Source of the DNA: a virus
Direction: 5' to 3' (one strand)
Length of the DNA stretch: 64,000 bases
IMG/VR virus record: IMGVR_UViG_3300034418_006037
Span: 25,218-89,217 of that record
Shown piece after piece: positions 1 to 10,418 of the stretch. Each line of letters opens with the position of its first letter. Position 1 is the first letter of the stretch. The translations under genes and the position numbers were made by a program. The notes below the pieces were generated by a model. It was not told the DNA's origin and did no database searches. It saw only the letters and a list, made by a program, of their open reading frames with translations.

Positions 1-1
1 C

Positions 2-700
2 TATGATTACTTGATAGGTCCTTACTACAGTGGTAATATCAATCCTAGCTTGTCCAACAATGACAGCTTTACTGATAGATACTTCGATACTGTAGCTACT
101 GACTCTCCCCCAGCTGATGGAAACGAGCTATATCTAGAGAGAGTGTTTCAGGTTGAGGGTCAAGGATTTAACCAGTTTGACGGAGGTGCTATGTCAAACA
201 ATGATCCAGATGTAGACGGTAACATTTACAACGGAGCTTACGCTATAGTAACCTGGGTAAATCCAAGCACGCTGGAAACTTTGGAGCAGGTAAATAATCT
301 AGATCCAACAACAACAACTATCGAGACTAGAGTTGCTAACTATGGATTCCCAGCACCACCTCAAATAAGGATCTCAAGAACTAACTGTAAGTTCTCTCAA
401 CAAGATGATATTTACGCAATTCTTGATGACCCATTTAATAGCACTTCTCCGTCAGGAATATTGTATACAGTTCAAGAAACTTTCTTAGATTTGTATACTA
501 ATAATACTTTTGTACCGAACTCGGTTCAAATTAAATACATACGTAAACCCGCAACGATCTCTCGTAGGTTTGGTGTGGGATGCGAACTACCAGAACATAC
601 ACATCATGAAGTTGTGGAAATGGCAGTGAAAAGCATCTTGGAAGGCTTCGAGTCTCCGAGATATCAAACGCAATCTAGGGAAGTCCTGGAGAGCGAGTAA
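2..700 (+). CDS. crAss-like ring / head-tail connector protein (5'-truncated)
   Basis: The frame is open from the window edge. The C-terminal 'IKYIRKP...CELPEHTHHEVVEMAV' resembles crAss-like ring proteins, and the gene lies just before an auxiliary-capsid-like gene. Confidence 0.7.
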   Translation, partial: YDYLIGPYYSGNINPSLSNNDSFTDRYFDTVATDSPPADGNELYLERVFQVEGQGFNQFDGGAMSNNDPDVDGNIYNGAYAIVTWVNPSTLETLEQVNNLDPTTTTIETRVANYGFPAPPQIRISRTNCKFSQQDDIYAILDDPFNSTSPSGILYTVQETFLDLYTNNTFVPNSVQIKYIRKPATISRRFGVGCELPEHTHHEVVEMAVKSILEGFESPRYQTQSREVLESE

Positions 701-729
701 TTTTTGTATAATAGTCTTAAAAATATATC

Positions 730-1788
730 ATGAGACAAGTTTTTTTCAAGACCGTGGACGCTTTGGAAGCTGCGGCAAGTACAGCAGGAGATGCTAGATT
801 CAATGACCTGGAATCAGGTAAATTGGGTTTCTGGAACCTCGATGCTGCTACTGGAGGTGATTGGTTTGCTACTGCTTTGTTTCAAGCTGCAATTGACACT
901 GATGCTGAAGCTGGCGACGACACTACAGGCTTGACCACTATTGCTAACCCAATTATGTTGAAGAGAAGTCTTCAAGTTGTACAGGGTTTTACCAGTGGTA
1001 ATCCTATTGCTACTCCGATCATCAACACAAGAGACGTAGTTCGTGTGACTGCTGAAGGTTATGTTGCTAGCACAAAGCATCAGCAAACAGTAACTTTTGC
1101 AGCTGGAGATGCTGGAGATGAAGTGCAGCTCAGATTTGTTGTACGCACTGCTCACACGGGATACCTCGACTATGTCAATGGCGAAACTGCGTTTTCCGAT
1201 TTGACCGGAGAAGGTTATCACTTCCCACTGGGTGTGTTCAACACTACTAACCACAAGGTGATCAACTTCAGCTTTACTGCAACTAATAGTGGTTCTGACA
1301 ATGGAGCTGCTGCTTGCGTAACTGCAATCGAAGGTAACGAAACGTTGAACGCAATGTTCAATGTTGCTGTGGCTAACACCAATACGGTTACGTTTGATGC
1401 TCGCCACGCTGGTGTGATCTTCGATATCATTGCTGATAACCTTACTGGTAGCACTAGCCTTACTGTTACTCAGTCAGCTAATTGGACTCCAGGTGTTGGT
1501 AATGCTTGGCAAGCTCGTACAGATGAGTTGAAGTCTCGTGCTATGGCAGGACACTACAACCGCATGTACTTCCCGATGGATTTCCAAAACTTCGTTACTG
1601 CTGCAGATACAGAGTACGACAGATACGAAATCACCTACAAAATTGATGGTGATCGTGCTGTTGTCAAAGGATCTCAGTATGGTACTGCTATTATCTACGA
1701 AGTTAATGGTCAGAACGACGTCGGCGTTGTCCTCAACGCAGGTACGGCTGATCCGGTTGCTACCAAAACAGAGTACGTATTTGCTTAA
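730..1788 (+). CDS. Putative auxiliary capsid / abundant structural protein
   Basis: 352 aa, beta-rich, with biased (high-expression-like) codon usage. It is followed by a hairpin, and its position between ring and tail-hub genes matches Crassvirales gene order. Confidence 0.55.
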   Translation: MRQVFFKTVDALEAAASTAGDARFNDLESGKLGFWNLDAATGGDWFATALFQAAIDTDAEAGDDTTGLTTIANPIMLKRSLQVVQGFTSGNPIATPIINTRDVVRVTAEGYVASTKHQQTVTFAAGDAGDEVQLRFVVRTAHTGYLDYVNGETAFSDLTGEGYHFPLGVFNTTNHKVINFSFTATNSGSDNGAAACVTAIEGNETLNAMFNVAVANTNTVTFDARHAGVIFDIIADNLTGSTSLTVTQSANWTPGVGNAWQARTDELKSRAMAGHYNRMYFPMDFQNFVTAADTEYDRYEITYKIDGDRAVVKGSQYGTAIIYEVNGQNDVGVVLNAGTADPVATKTEYVFA

Positions 1789-1795
1789 TTAATAT

Positions 1796-1830
1796 GGGGG
1801 GCATCACACTAGTGGTGCTCCCCTATATTT
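1796..1830 (+). terminator. Stem-loop, putative intrinsic terminator/attenuator
   Basis: GGGGGGCATCAC-ACTA-GTGGTGCTCCCC forms a 12-bp stem with two G-U pairs, followed by TATATTTCT, directly after the 730-1788 stop. Confidence 0.6.
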
Positions 1831-1839
1831 CTATCAATC

Positions 1840-2301
1840 ATGGGTCTTAAGCATCTAGCAGCAAATACTAAGTTGAAGGTAACCAGCAAAGGAGTTCAAC
1901 CAAACTCCACTTTTGTTATTACCGTAAATAATCTTAGCTCTGGAAAACAATTTGTTTCTAGATCTAAAAGCAGATCCAGTACGTTTATCTCAACAGTTAC
2001 TGCAGACACTAGAGGTGTAAATAAAGTAACTGTTACTGATAAAAATCAAACGATAGTTAAAAGCTACGTTACTGTAGGTAGCGCTGAAATAGATTGCTGC
2101 ATTGCCAAGCTGGTTCATGACGCAATCAATTGCACATGCAAGTGTAATAAGTGCAAAGAAGATCTTGAAAGAGCACAAACTATTAGGCTTTTGCTTCAAG
2201 CTGCAAAGTATGAAGCTACACTTGGACTGACTGATAGTGTTCAGGACAAGTACAACAAAGCAAAAGAGTTGTGCACTGAAGTATGCGCTTGTGGCTGCTA
2301 A
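1840..2301 (+). CDS. Tail-hub-like structural protein with Cys-rich C-terminus
   Basis: 153 aa with 'DCCIAK', 'CTCKCNKC' and a terminal 'YNKAKELCTEVCACGC'. This resembles crAss-like tail hub proteins and fits the synteny. Confidence 0.5.
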   Translation: MGLKHLAANTKLKVTSKGVQPNSTFVITVNNLSSGKQFVSRSKSRSSTFISTVTADTRGVNKVTVTDKNQTIVKSYVTVGSAEIDCCIAKLVHDAINCTCKCNKCKEDLERAQTIRLLLQAAKYEATLGLTDSVQDKYNKAKELCTEVCACGC

Positions 2302-2311
2302 CAAGTGACAT

Positions 2312-5300
2312 ATGAAAGGCAAACATTCTAACAATAAGCTGGTATTTGTATACCAAGACAAGACTGAAAGAGCAGCTGCAAGTAATCCATCACTGAATGC
2401 AGCTGAAAGCGGATCTTGTGTAATTAGAGTTGTACAAAATTGCATAGACCCTGCAAACAATATTCAGACGCATCACGACTACGTTAGCAGCGGTGCGACA
2501 CAGCTTGCCCAAATAGGAATAGATTCACTGGTAAGTGCTAGTGTGTCAGGGATAATAAGAACTAGTCAAACAGGAGCTAGTTCATTTGAGTCTACGTCTG
2601 ATATAGTACAATCTATTAGTCACTTCCAAATAGGAGGGGCTAAAGTGATAGATATAGTCATATCGCAAACCTTGCAGAGTATTATCAATACTCAGTCAAA
2701 TCTGTACAAGGCAGTAGTAGAACTCAACTTTATTTCTGGGGATGTAGAAGATGTGGTGCTTAACCTTAAGCCTGCCGATGGCTGTGCTTTAATCATAAGT
2801 CCAGATCAATTAACCATACACGGACCTATCTCTGTCACGGCCGGCAATGAAGATCCTGATCTTCCACCTGGTATGACAGGCAGTAGAGTAGCCTACTCGT
2901 TTTCAAAGATTTACAGAAGACTAAACGAAAGGTCAAACGCTTCGACTAGTACAAACAATACTACAAGAAAGCAATATGGTATAGGCTACAAAGGGCATGC
3001 AACTTTTACGATGCCTTGGGGAGGTATTTTTGATGATCTATCGTCAAAGACTTTGTTCGGTACATTTCCAGCTGGAAATCAAAGCTGGCTTTCTGAGAGC
3101 GGATACGCTACTGCAAAAACTACTTATGTAAATTGGTTTACAGGTATTAATGATGTAACTAATGTTAGATTCCCTAACCCTGATATTTTTCAGATAGGAA
3201 ATGGCCAAGGGCAATCACCACCAGCATTAGCACTCAGCACCCAAGGAGTTAATTTCAGTAACTTCTTCGGATCAAAAATAATTGTAGACAGAACAACCAG
3301 CGATAGCTCAACTCTAGCGTTTTTGGTAAAGCCGGAGGGAAAACTGTCTTTTGGTAAACAGTTTGGGTGGTTTTCTACGTTTGTAAGCGGAGACATAGTG
3401 TCCCCGACAGGGCAAGTGATGGTATCTGAGAATAGTGAGAACTATGGTGTACCTCCTATATTCAGAGAAAGCTTTCAAGCTCCTAATAATGGCACTGGTG
3501 TAGATAGACCTGGACATTTTTGGTGTGCGTTCTCTGACACTATTCCTGCAGCTGATGGAACAGCAATAGCTAATGATTTTGGTCTTACATCTCTTAGCAC
3601 AACTTTCGGACCAAATCCACAGAATCAAAGTACAGACCCAACAGAGTCTAGGTACAGCAAATTATTCTACGGAGGGAGCAACACAGATTGGCATCTTCCA
3701 GGACATACAAATGTGAGTACAGGCAGCGTAGTAAACACTAATTTTAGTACTGCTTATATAAACTCATATCTAGCTGACTACGCGCCTGAGACTATAAGAC
3801 CTTACTATGCACTAATAGTTGTAGAAGATACAAAGCTTTCAGGTACAGCATTAAATAGTAAAATAAGACTAGGATCTCTAGACCAAATAACTAGTAATTA
3901 TGGGGCAAGCTTTTTCTACCCAGGAAGTGCTGGAACAAGCAGTGACCCATATGTACCTGTGTTCAAAGGCATTGCTAGAATATGCACAGTAACAAGATAT
4001 ACTTTAACAAGTGACACAACTCTTGGGCTAAGCTTGTCTAATAGCCTCAGGTTGGGAGGACTGGATGATAATTCTCTAGCAGATGTACATGGAATATATG
4101 CATCGCTTGTTCCGCATACAAATCTGAATATCAACGAAAGTCCAACTCAAGGCTTGGGACCTGATGACGAATTGTTTTACAGCCTCTTGTTTGCAGGTCA
4201 CACTTATCCAAGACAGTTAACTGGGTCTCTGCAGGATACTATGTGTGGACATATGCCGCAGGTAAATGCTGCTGCTTTTCAAACCTGGAGGCTAGGTCTT
4301 GACTGTTTGCGTACCGATGGAGCAAACATACTAGTAGGACAAGGAGAAATTCAAGTTAGTGCACAGGACATAGTAGTACTTAATAGTGGAATAGTTCCAG
4401 ACCCGTACAACGGTTTTAGTCCAAGTGATCAAGATAGCACTGACTCAAGAGGTAGGGCAATATCAAGGAACCATCCAGTAGGATGGGCAGGAAACAAGGA
4501 CCAACAGGTAATAACTCCATCCTATGAGCACTTCATAAACTCACAGTTTGGAGTACGTCCGTACCCAATTACATCTCGGTCATACCATACTGACTTGGGA
4601 GAAGATGCAACATCTCCTGTACCTCCGTACCCGTATGCCCCAACTATGTTCCTGACTCAAACTTTGGGTAAACCTGGATATGCAAATTTTGTAGGACCAG
4701 AGTCAGGGACTACTGGCTATTTCCACCCCCAAGTAAGCGACAGTAATGATGGTGAAACATTTTTAACTAGCGCTGGGCAGCAGGGAATAGTAATACCCAC
4801 ATCAGCTAACACTGGGTTTAATGAGTCATTTTTCACAGGAACTGACCAATGTTTTACTGGTCAAGCAAGCACTGTGACTTTAACTGGAGTATCAGGATCT
4901 CTCTCGAGTGCTATAGGTACAGGAGAGCTAAAAATCAGATACGAGTTTTTCTATACAAACAACTGTAGCGGAGAATTTGAAACTGATGCAGGATCAAAGA
5001 TAGTTCTAGAAAACAGCGACACTCTAGCTAATAGAATAACTAAGGTTAGGCAGATATTCCCACATATAGAATATCGACCACTAGCTATGGACAATGCGCT
5101 CAATGAAAGCCCATTGGCATACAAACTGATTGTAGAAGACAACAATGATGTCGATAATATATTTATTGACAGTATAGGGTCAAACTCATATAGGCTAGTT
5201 GTAGAGATAACAGCAGACTCCGATGACGTAGCATTTTTGGAGGGCGCTGACGTAAACTTCCCTTATGGAGATATATGGCCAGATACTCCCTACCCATCAG

Positions 5301-8300
5301 CACCTTCTACTGATAGTGAAGAGCTGCCTGACTTCTCTAAAAGATATATATCTGTAGAAGGAAACGTAGACTACAGCAGGTTTAAAGGGAGCTTTATAAC
5401 CATAGCTAGTGCAAGTAACTGGAATACGTTCCCAGGCAACACATCAATTATTCAAAGTACGAATGCTGATCTCACAAGATTTGCTTACCATACTCCGTTT
5501 ATTACATATGGTAATCTTGTAGATCCTCCTGATGGAGTATTCGATATCCCGGGATGTACGGATGAGAATGCTATCAACTATGATTCTACTGCAACAGTAG
5601 ATAACGGTACATGTCTGGAGTGTAATAGTGTAGCAGAAGCTCAGGGATGGGACATAGCTAATATAGGATTGAACAACGGCACTACCGGTATGCGCTTGGG
5701 TGTATACGAAGGACCTAGTGCTGTAAACTCTTACTTGTGCGGACTAACGGGTGATGCACAAACATCGCTAGAGACATATTTCAATGTGCAAGGTCAGGCT
5801 TATGGTCAGCTTTATAATTCTACCGGAGCACAATATGGTGGTGCAGTAGTTTGCAACAATGACTTTGCAGATAACACAGGCGTAGCTAATCTATCCATAC
5901 GAGGAGTAAACCAAGGCTCTACAGCCTTTACAAACTTACTCAACTGGATGGCTACAACGTACAATGAAACGTACACAGCTTGGAAGCTACACATCAGGCC
6001 TCTTACAGACCAGCTTGCAAATATCATTGATCTAGAGCAGTCATACAGCGAGTCTAATCCACCGCCTACACAGCTTATCCCAGGTGCTTTTAACTACGTA
6101 ACTCCTGATTACACAGCTACTGCTACCGGAGGAACTATCACAGAACCTACTTGGGATGAGATTGTAACTATTGCAGCTACTCAAAATTGGTTCAGAGCAG
6201 GCAGAGTTTATCTGATAGAACTTGAGCTTGATCCACAAGAGCTTCCTGCAGAATGCACGCTGTTAAACTCTAACTACAATAGAGTTCTTGGATTGATGTG
6301 GACCACGTTCTGTTCATGTGCAGATATAACTAATGATTACTTCAGCTTGGCAATGTCAGGCTTCCAGTATCCATGGCAGCAGAACATTGCATATCCTATA
6401 CTTCCATATCAACCTGCTTCAAACTGTCCAGATATAGTCCCGTCCAACAATTTGTTGGGAGACGGAGCTTATCCAAACAGCATATGCTTCACTCAAGACG
6501 AAGCTACAACTAACTGTGATCAGTACTGGTTGTGGTGTATTGCACAGACTACTACAGTATGTGACAATGGAAACCTTGACAATACAATTGACATAGGTAC
6601 TACTACCTATTTTAATTACGTATCTGGAAGCATAACAGTTAGCATTGAAGGGGTGTATGATCCTGCAAGCAATGGATTTATATTTAGCCCAGACATAGAG
6701 TATACGGTAGTTGTTACAGGTCCCCAAGGATACTTACAGACTCAGACTCAATCTGACAATGTCACACCTAACATACCTCAGTTTACAAATGAGTTCTTAG
6801 GAACTATATATCCTGGGACATACACAGTAACTGTCACGTTTACAAGTCCTTACGTAAGTTACTTTAGCGGAGATGCTCCTTGCGAGTTTGTGGACACAGT
6901 ATACATCCCATCTCCAGATGAGCAGGGGTGTGATACTTTGGTTGGGGGATGTACCGATCCCACTGCGGACACCTTTGATCCTAATGCTACGTTCGATGAC
7001 GGAAGCTGCGAGAACACTGACCCTTGCCAAGAAACGCTTAACAATGCAGCGTTTACTACAACTATTACGTCAGTAAACTCTACGTCAAATTGTGTTACAA
7101 ACACCACCGTAGTAGAAGGGGTATCCTTTGAAGGTCAAGTTATCACTCCAAATAACAATGGTCAGGTAACTGTAAATATATCGTACAATTCTGCAGGGAC
7201 TGAAGGAGTTAACATAAATACGTTTGCAGTTCTACTTGTTGCTCAAAACAGCTCTGTACCAGGAGTAACCAATATACTTGATTCAATAGCTACTATGTTT
7301 ACTAACCTTCCCACTAGTGAAGAGTTAGGTACATCTATAGCTGGGGTAGGATATTGGTCTCCTTTGAATAATACTGCTACAGGAAGTTCATTTACAGAAG
7401 TATTTACTGGTATTCCTCCCGGGTTCTACTACGTAATAGTGGCAGCTAACCCTACACCTGAATCTCTTACAAACTGCGGAGGATTAGCATTCTCACAGCT
7501 GTCTACATATTTGGATACTGTAACTGTAGGTTTGGATGCACCGCTAGACGAATGTCTTGAGCCGTGTGTAGGACCAAATTGTGAGGAATACACACTTGGG
7601 TGTACCGACCCGGAAGCAGATAATTACAATCCTGATGCTACCTACGATGATGGGACTTGTGAAGTAATATTGACTCATTGCGAGCAGAATCCAACTGACG
7701 AAGAGTGTTACGATTGTACAGATTTGTTGGAGGGAGCAGGGGCACGATTTGCTCTAGGAAGTCTTTCAGAGCCTCCTTGTGATGATTTTGCGGGAGGTGA
7801 TGGTGAGTGCACAGATCCTAATGCTTGCAACTACAACCCTGACGCACCTCTAGACGCAAGCAACAACTTGGTATGTGAATACTGTGGATGCGTTGGTTCT
7901 ATTGACCCTGACTGTGATGGAAGTGATACAGAATGCGATCCAGCTACAGACCCCAATTGTCAAGAACAAGAGCCTGAATGTCCTGATCCTAGCAACCCAA
8001 ACTGTGATCCGACTGTTTATGATCCTTGCCCTGTTGGTGATTGCGGACCTCCCGTTGACCCATGCATCATACTTGGTAACTGCACTGAAGATGGAGGTGG
8101 AGGAGATGATGAAGACGATCCGTTCGTGGATGTTGTCAATCCTGTGGAGATTACATGCGCAGTAGACATTGAATCCGCAGATGGAAGTCCTCTAAACTTC
8201 AGCGCTGTTCAACAGCAGGCTTTCCAATGTATGTCTGAGGAAGGTAAGAAGCTTCTGTTCAGAATGAAGTCTGGAGCTTACTACGATGATACTGACATAC

Positions 8301-8851
8301 TGAAGCTGTCTCTAATTGCCTACCTGTTTGCAGGAGGACTTAACAACTCAGAGCTCCCATGTCTGTTTAACTGTAACTACGAATCAGCTGATAAGAGCAA
8401 GGCATTTGACTGCTCAATCCAATGGGTAGCAAGTGGAGCAAAGTACTACAACTCTACAGACACATACTCAAAAGGTGAGACTATAATGTACTTCCACCAG
8501 AAAGGAGGAAAGGTAACTAGGAGTTACTATACAGCTACTAGGGAGATGACACCTCTGGACATACACCCAAGATTCCCTAACTCAGGATGGGCTAGATGTC
8601 AAGATGTAAAACTCAGAACTGCAGACAGAAACAACATTGCCACTGGTAATGAGGAATACCTACAAGTATTCTGGGAGTTTATGACAAGATTCTGCAACGA
8701 GTGCCAGGTATCTACAATGCCTCCTAGTGCAGAAAACGTAAACAACGTGGATCCTAAAGTTCTCAAGAACTACATAGATCCTAAAACAAACAATAACACT
8801 TCCAGCGGATCCGGTATACTTGGAGAAGATGGAGAAGAACTAATATTCTAA
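2312..8851 (+). CDS. Giant (2179 aa) virion appendage protein with GCTD repeats, a Cys/Asp/Pro-rich region and a hub-like/CBM-like C-terminus
   Basis: Long ORF with four GCTD-x-NY-x-P-x-A-x-x-DDG-x-C-type repeats. The C-terminal 'YNSTDTYSKGETIMY...YYTA...PNSGW' resembles CBM5/12. Confidence 0.6.
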   Translation: MKGKHSNNKLVFVYQDKTERAAASNPSLNAAESGSCVIRVVQNCIDPANNIQTHHDYVSSGATQLAQIGIDSLVSASVSGIIRTSQTGASSFESTSDIVQSISHFQIGGAKVIDIVISQTLQSIINTQSNLYKAVVELNFISGDVEDVVLNLKPADGCALIISPDQLTIHGPISVTAGNEDPDLPPGMTGSRVAYSFSKIYRRLNERSNASTSTNNTTRKQYGIGYKGHATFTMPWGGIFDDLSSKTLFGTFPAGNQSWLSESGYATAKTTYVNWFTGINDVTNVRFPNPDIFQIGNGQGQSPPALALSTQGVNFSNFFGSKIIVDRTTSDSSTLAFLVKPEGKLSFGKQFGWFSTFVSGDIVSPTGQVMVSENSENYGVPPIFRESFQAPNNGTGVDRPGHFWCAFSDTIPAADGTAIANDFGLTSLSTTFGPNPQNQSTDPTESRYSKLFYGGSNTDWHLPGHTNVSTGSVVNTNFSTAYINSYLADYAPETIRPYYALIVVEDTKLSGTALNSKIRLGSLDQITSNYGASFFYPGSAGTSSDPYVPVFKGIARICTVTRYTLTSDTTLGLSLSNSLRLGGLDDNSLADVHGIYASLVPHTNLNINESPTQGLGPDDELFYSLLFAGHTYPRQLTGSLQDTMCGHMPQVNAAAFQTWRLGLDCLRTDGANILVGQGEIQVSAQDIVVLNSGIVPDPYNGFSPSDQDSTDSRGRAISRNHPVGWAGNKDQQVITPSYEHFINSQFGVRPYPITSRSYHTDLGEDATSPVPPYPYAPTMFLTQTLGKPGYANFVGPESGTTGYFHPQVSDSNDGETFLTSAGQQGIVIPTSANTGFNESFFTGTDQCFTGQASTVTLTGVSGSLSSAIGTGELKIRYEFFYTNNCSGEFETDAGSKIVLENSDTLANRITKVRQIFPHIEYRPLAMDNALNESPLAYKLIVEDNNDVDNIFIDSIGSNSYRLVVEITADSDDVAFLEGADVNFPYGDIWPDTPYPSAPSTDSEELPDFSKRYISVEGNVDYSRFKGSFITIASASNWNTFPGNTSIIQSTNADLTRFAYHTPFITYGNLVDPPDGVFDIPGCTDENAINYDSTATVDNGTCLECNSVAEAQGWDIANIGLNNGTTGMRLGVYEGPSAVNSYLCGLTGDAQTSLETYFNVQGQAYGQLYNSTGAQYGGAVVCNNDFADNTGVANLSIRGVNQGSTAFTNLLNWMATTYNETYTAWKLHIRPLTDQLANIIDLEQSYSESNPPPTQLIPGAFNYVTPDYTATATGGTITEPTWDEIVTIAATQNWFRAGRVYLIELELDPQELPAECTLLNSNYNRVLGLMWTTFCSCADITNDYFSLAMSGFQYPWQQNIAYPILPYQPASNCPDIVPSNNLLGDGAYPNSICFTQDEATTNCDQYWLWCIAQTTTVCDNGNLDNTIDIGTTTYFNYVSGSITVSIEGVYDPASNGFIFSPDIEYTVVVTGPQGYLQTQTQSDNVTPNIPQFTNEFLGTIYPGTYTVTVTFTSPYVSYFSGDAPCEFVDTVYIPSPDEQGCDTLVGGCTDPTADTFDPNATFDDGSCENTDPCQETLNNAAFTTTITSVNSTSNCVTNTTVVEGVSFEGQVITPNNNGQVTVNISYNSAGTEGVNINTFAVLLVAQNSSVPGVTNILDSIATMFTNLPTSEELGTSIAGVGYWSPLNNTATGSSFTEVFTGIPPGFYYVIVAANPTPESLTNCGGLAFSQLSTYLDTVTVGLDAPLDECLEPCVGPNCEEYTLGCTDPEADNYNPDATYDDGTCEVILTHCEQNPTDEECYDCTDLLEGAGARFALGSLSEPPCDDFAGGDGECTDPNACNYNPDAPLDASNNLVCEYCGCVGSIDPDCDGSDTECDPATDPNCQEQEPECPDPSNPNCDPTVYDPCPVGDCGPPVDPCIILGNCTEDGGGGDDEDDPFVDVVNPVEITCAVDIESADGSPLNFSAVQQQAFQCMSEEGKKLLFRMKSGAYYDDTDILKLSLIAYLFAGGLNNSELPCLFNCNYESADKSKAFDCSIQWVASGAKYYNSTDTYSKGETIMYFHQKGGKVTRSYYTATREMTPLDIHPRFPNSGWARCQDVKLRTADRNNIATGNEEYLQVFWEFMTRFCNECQVSTMPPSAENVNNVDPKVLKNYIDPKTNNNTSSGSGILGEDGEELIF
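5552..7846 (+). repeat. Four dispersed ~21-aa GCTD..DDGxC protein repeats
   Basis: 5552-5614 GCTDENAINYDSTATVDNGTC; 6947-7009 GCTDPTADTFDPNATFDDGSC; 7598-7660 GCTDPEADNYNPDATYDDGTC; 7805-7846 ECTDPNACNYNPDA. Confidence 0.9.
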
Positions 8852-10389
8852 TGTCCAAGAGAATCAGCCAACTTAGAACAGCTAATAAAGCAGCTAACAC
8901 AAGTCGTGAATACTTGTTGCTTAGTAATATAGATTCTAGTACCTCAAGTAAAATTGCACTTAATGACGTGCTTCCTACACTGCAAAGTGGTAAGGCAACT
9001 GGGGGTGTTACTCAAGGCACTGCAGGTACCACAATCCAAGATTTGTTTGTAGGAGGAGGTGTAGGCAGTACTGCAGGTAACACAGATAAGTCAGTCCTTA
9101 TATTCAAGGGGCTTGGAGTATCTGATACTACAGGTACTCTTAAAATCAGAAATGATAAGAGTACTGCAGATTCTACAAAGCAGAACTTGATGCTTGTGTT
9201 TGATCCCTCTAACATAGATTTGAATGCAGCAAGCAATACAAACTCTAAGTTTTTGTCAGAATTTGGAGGACCTAATCAACTTGATCTTGCAGATACTACG
9301 CACTACACTAACCAACTTGCTGTTGCTGGTGGTGGTACGGGAGCTTCTACGTTTACAGATGGTGCCCTACTTGTTGGTAACGGAACTAGTGCTGTAGAAA
9401 CTATAGGAACTATGGCTGCAGGTGCTCTTGTTGTTGGAACTGCAGCTGGAACAAATCCTGGAGTTCTTACGTCATCAGGCAGTAATGGGCAAGTACTGAC
9501 TGTAAATACTTCTGCTAGTAACGGTTTGGAATGGGCAACTCCAGTATTCAAGTCAACATCCTTTTCTGCTACTCTTGATACTAACGGAAATGATATAAAG
9601 CTTGGAAATGGTGTGCTTAGAGGATCAACTGCAGGAGACAACGGCATCACCCTGAATACTGCTACAGACTATGTATTTATAGGAGGAGCAAGCAAATACT
9701 ACGATTCTTTCCTAAATGTAGGCGGTGATATAACACTGGGCATACAAGATGGAACAGCAGCCACGAACATAACTGCTAGAGATTGTAGTTCAGGAACAAG
9801 TCCGCAGCTTACTATAAAAGCGTCTAGCAGTACAGCAGCAGCAGCTGGTGGAGCTATAAGAGTACAGGCAGGTGCTGGACATACCAATGGATCTGGGGGT
9901 AATACCACGATTGCTGGAGGCAGAAAGTCAGGATCTGGTACTGAAGGAAGTGTGTTTTTAGAAACAGCAGGTACGACTAGACTTACTATAGATGAAAGCG
10001 GGCACAGCACATTTGCTGATCAAGTAGTTCTGGAGTCTAGTAGAGGTATGCTTACTAGCGATTCAGGAGCTATAACGCAGGGTACTAGTCTTACTACAGC
10101 GGTATCAATAAACAAGTTTGCAGGGGTTATTACTTTGCACGCTACCGCAATTAGTGCAGCTGCTGAACATGAGTTTACTGTAACAAACTCCCTGGTAAGC
10201 ACTACGTCTATGATTATGTTGACTGTTCAATCTGCAGCAGCATCTACAGAAAACGATGGTGCTACTCTCTGTGCTAACATATCTGATGTAGCTGCAGGGT
10301 CTTTCAAGATTAGATTAACCAACCCAGGATCACAAGCTACAAGTACTTCCAATAAAATACACTTCTTGATTATAGGAGTAAATTCGTAA
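8851..10389 (+). CDS. Tail/head fibre protein
   Basis: 512 aa, G/S/T/A-rich. It starts 'MSKRISQL' and carries the fibre motifs 'LAVAGGGTGA' and 'NGQVLT'. Confidence 0.7.
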   Translation: MSKRISQLRTANKAANTSREYLLLSNIDSSTSSKIALNDVLPTLQSGKATGGVTQGTAGTTIQDLFVGGGVGSTAGNTDKSVLIFKGLGVSDTTGTLKIRNDKSTADSTKQNLMLVFDPSNIDLNAASNTNSKFLSEFGGPNQLDLADTTHYTNQLAVAGGGTGASTFTDGALLVGNGTSAVETIGTMAAGALVVGTAAGTNPGVLTSSGSNGQVLTVNTSASNGLEWATPVFKSTSFSATLDTNGNDIKLGNGVLRGSTAGDNGITLNTATDYVFIGGASKYYDSFLNVGGDITLGIQDGTAATNITARDCSSGTSPQLTIKASSSTAAAAGGAIRVQAGAGHTNGSGGNTTIAGGRKSGSGTEGSVFLETAGTTRLTIDESGHSTFADQVVLESSRGMLTSDSGAITQGTSLTTAVSINKFAGVITLHATAISAAAEHEFTVTNSLVSTTSMIMLTVQSAAASTENDGATLCANISDVAAGSFKIRLTNPGSQATSTSNKIHFLIIGVNS

Positions 10390-10395
10390 CTTAGC
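10387..10395 (+). promoter_or_regulatory. Putative Bacteroidota-type -7 promoter element (variant)
   Basis: TAACTTAGC has one mismatch to TAnnTTTG. It lies 24 nt before the 10419 ATG and is followed by an A/C-rich leader. Confidence 0.4.
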
Positions 10396-10418
10396 AAAAA
10401 CCATCAAACCTATATACC

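Noticed and set aside
698-706. TAATTTTTG as a promoter for the auxiliary capsid gene
   Set aside because: The spacing does not fit TAnnTTTG and the region is simply AT-rich.
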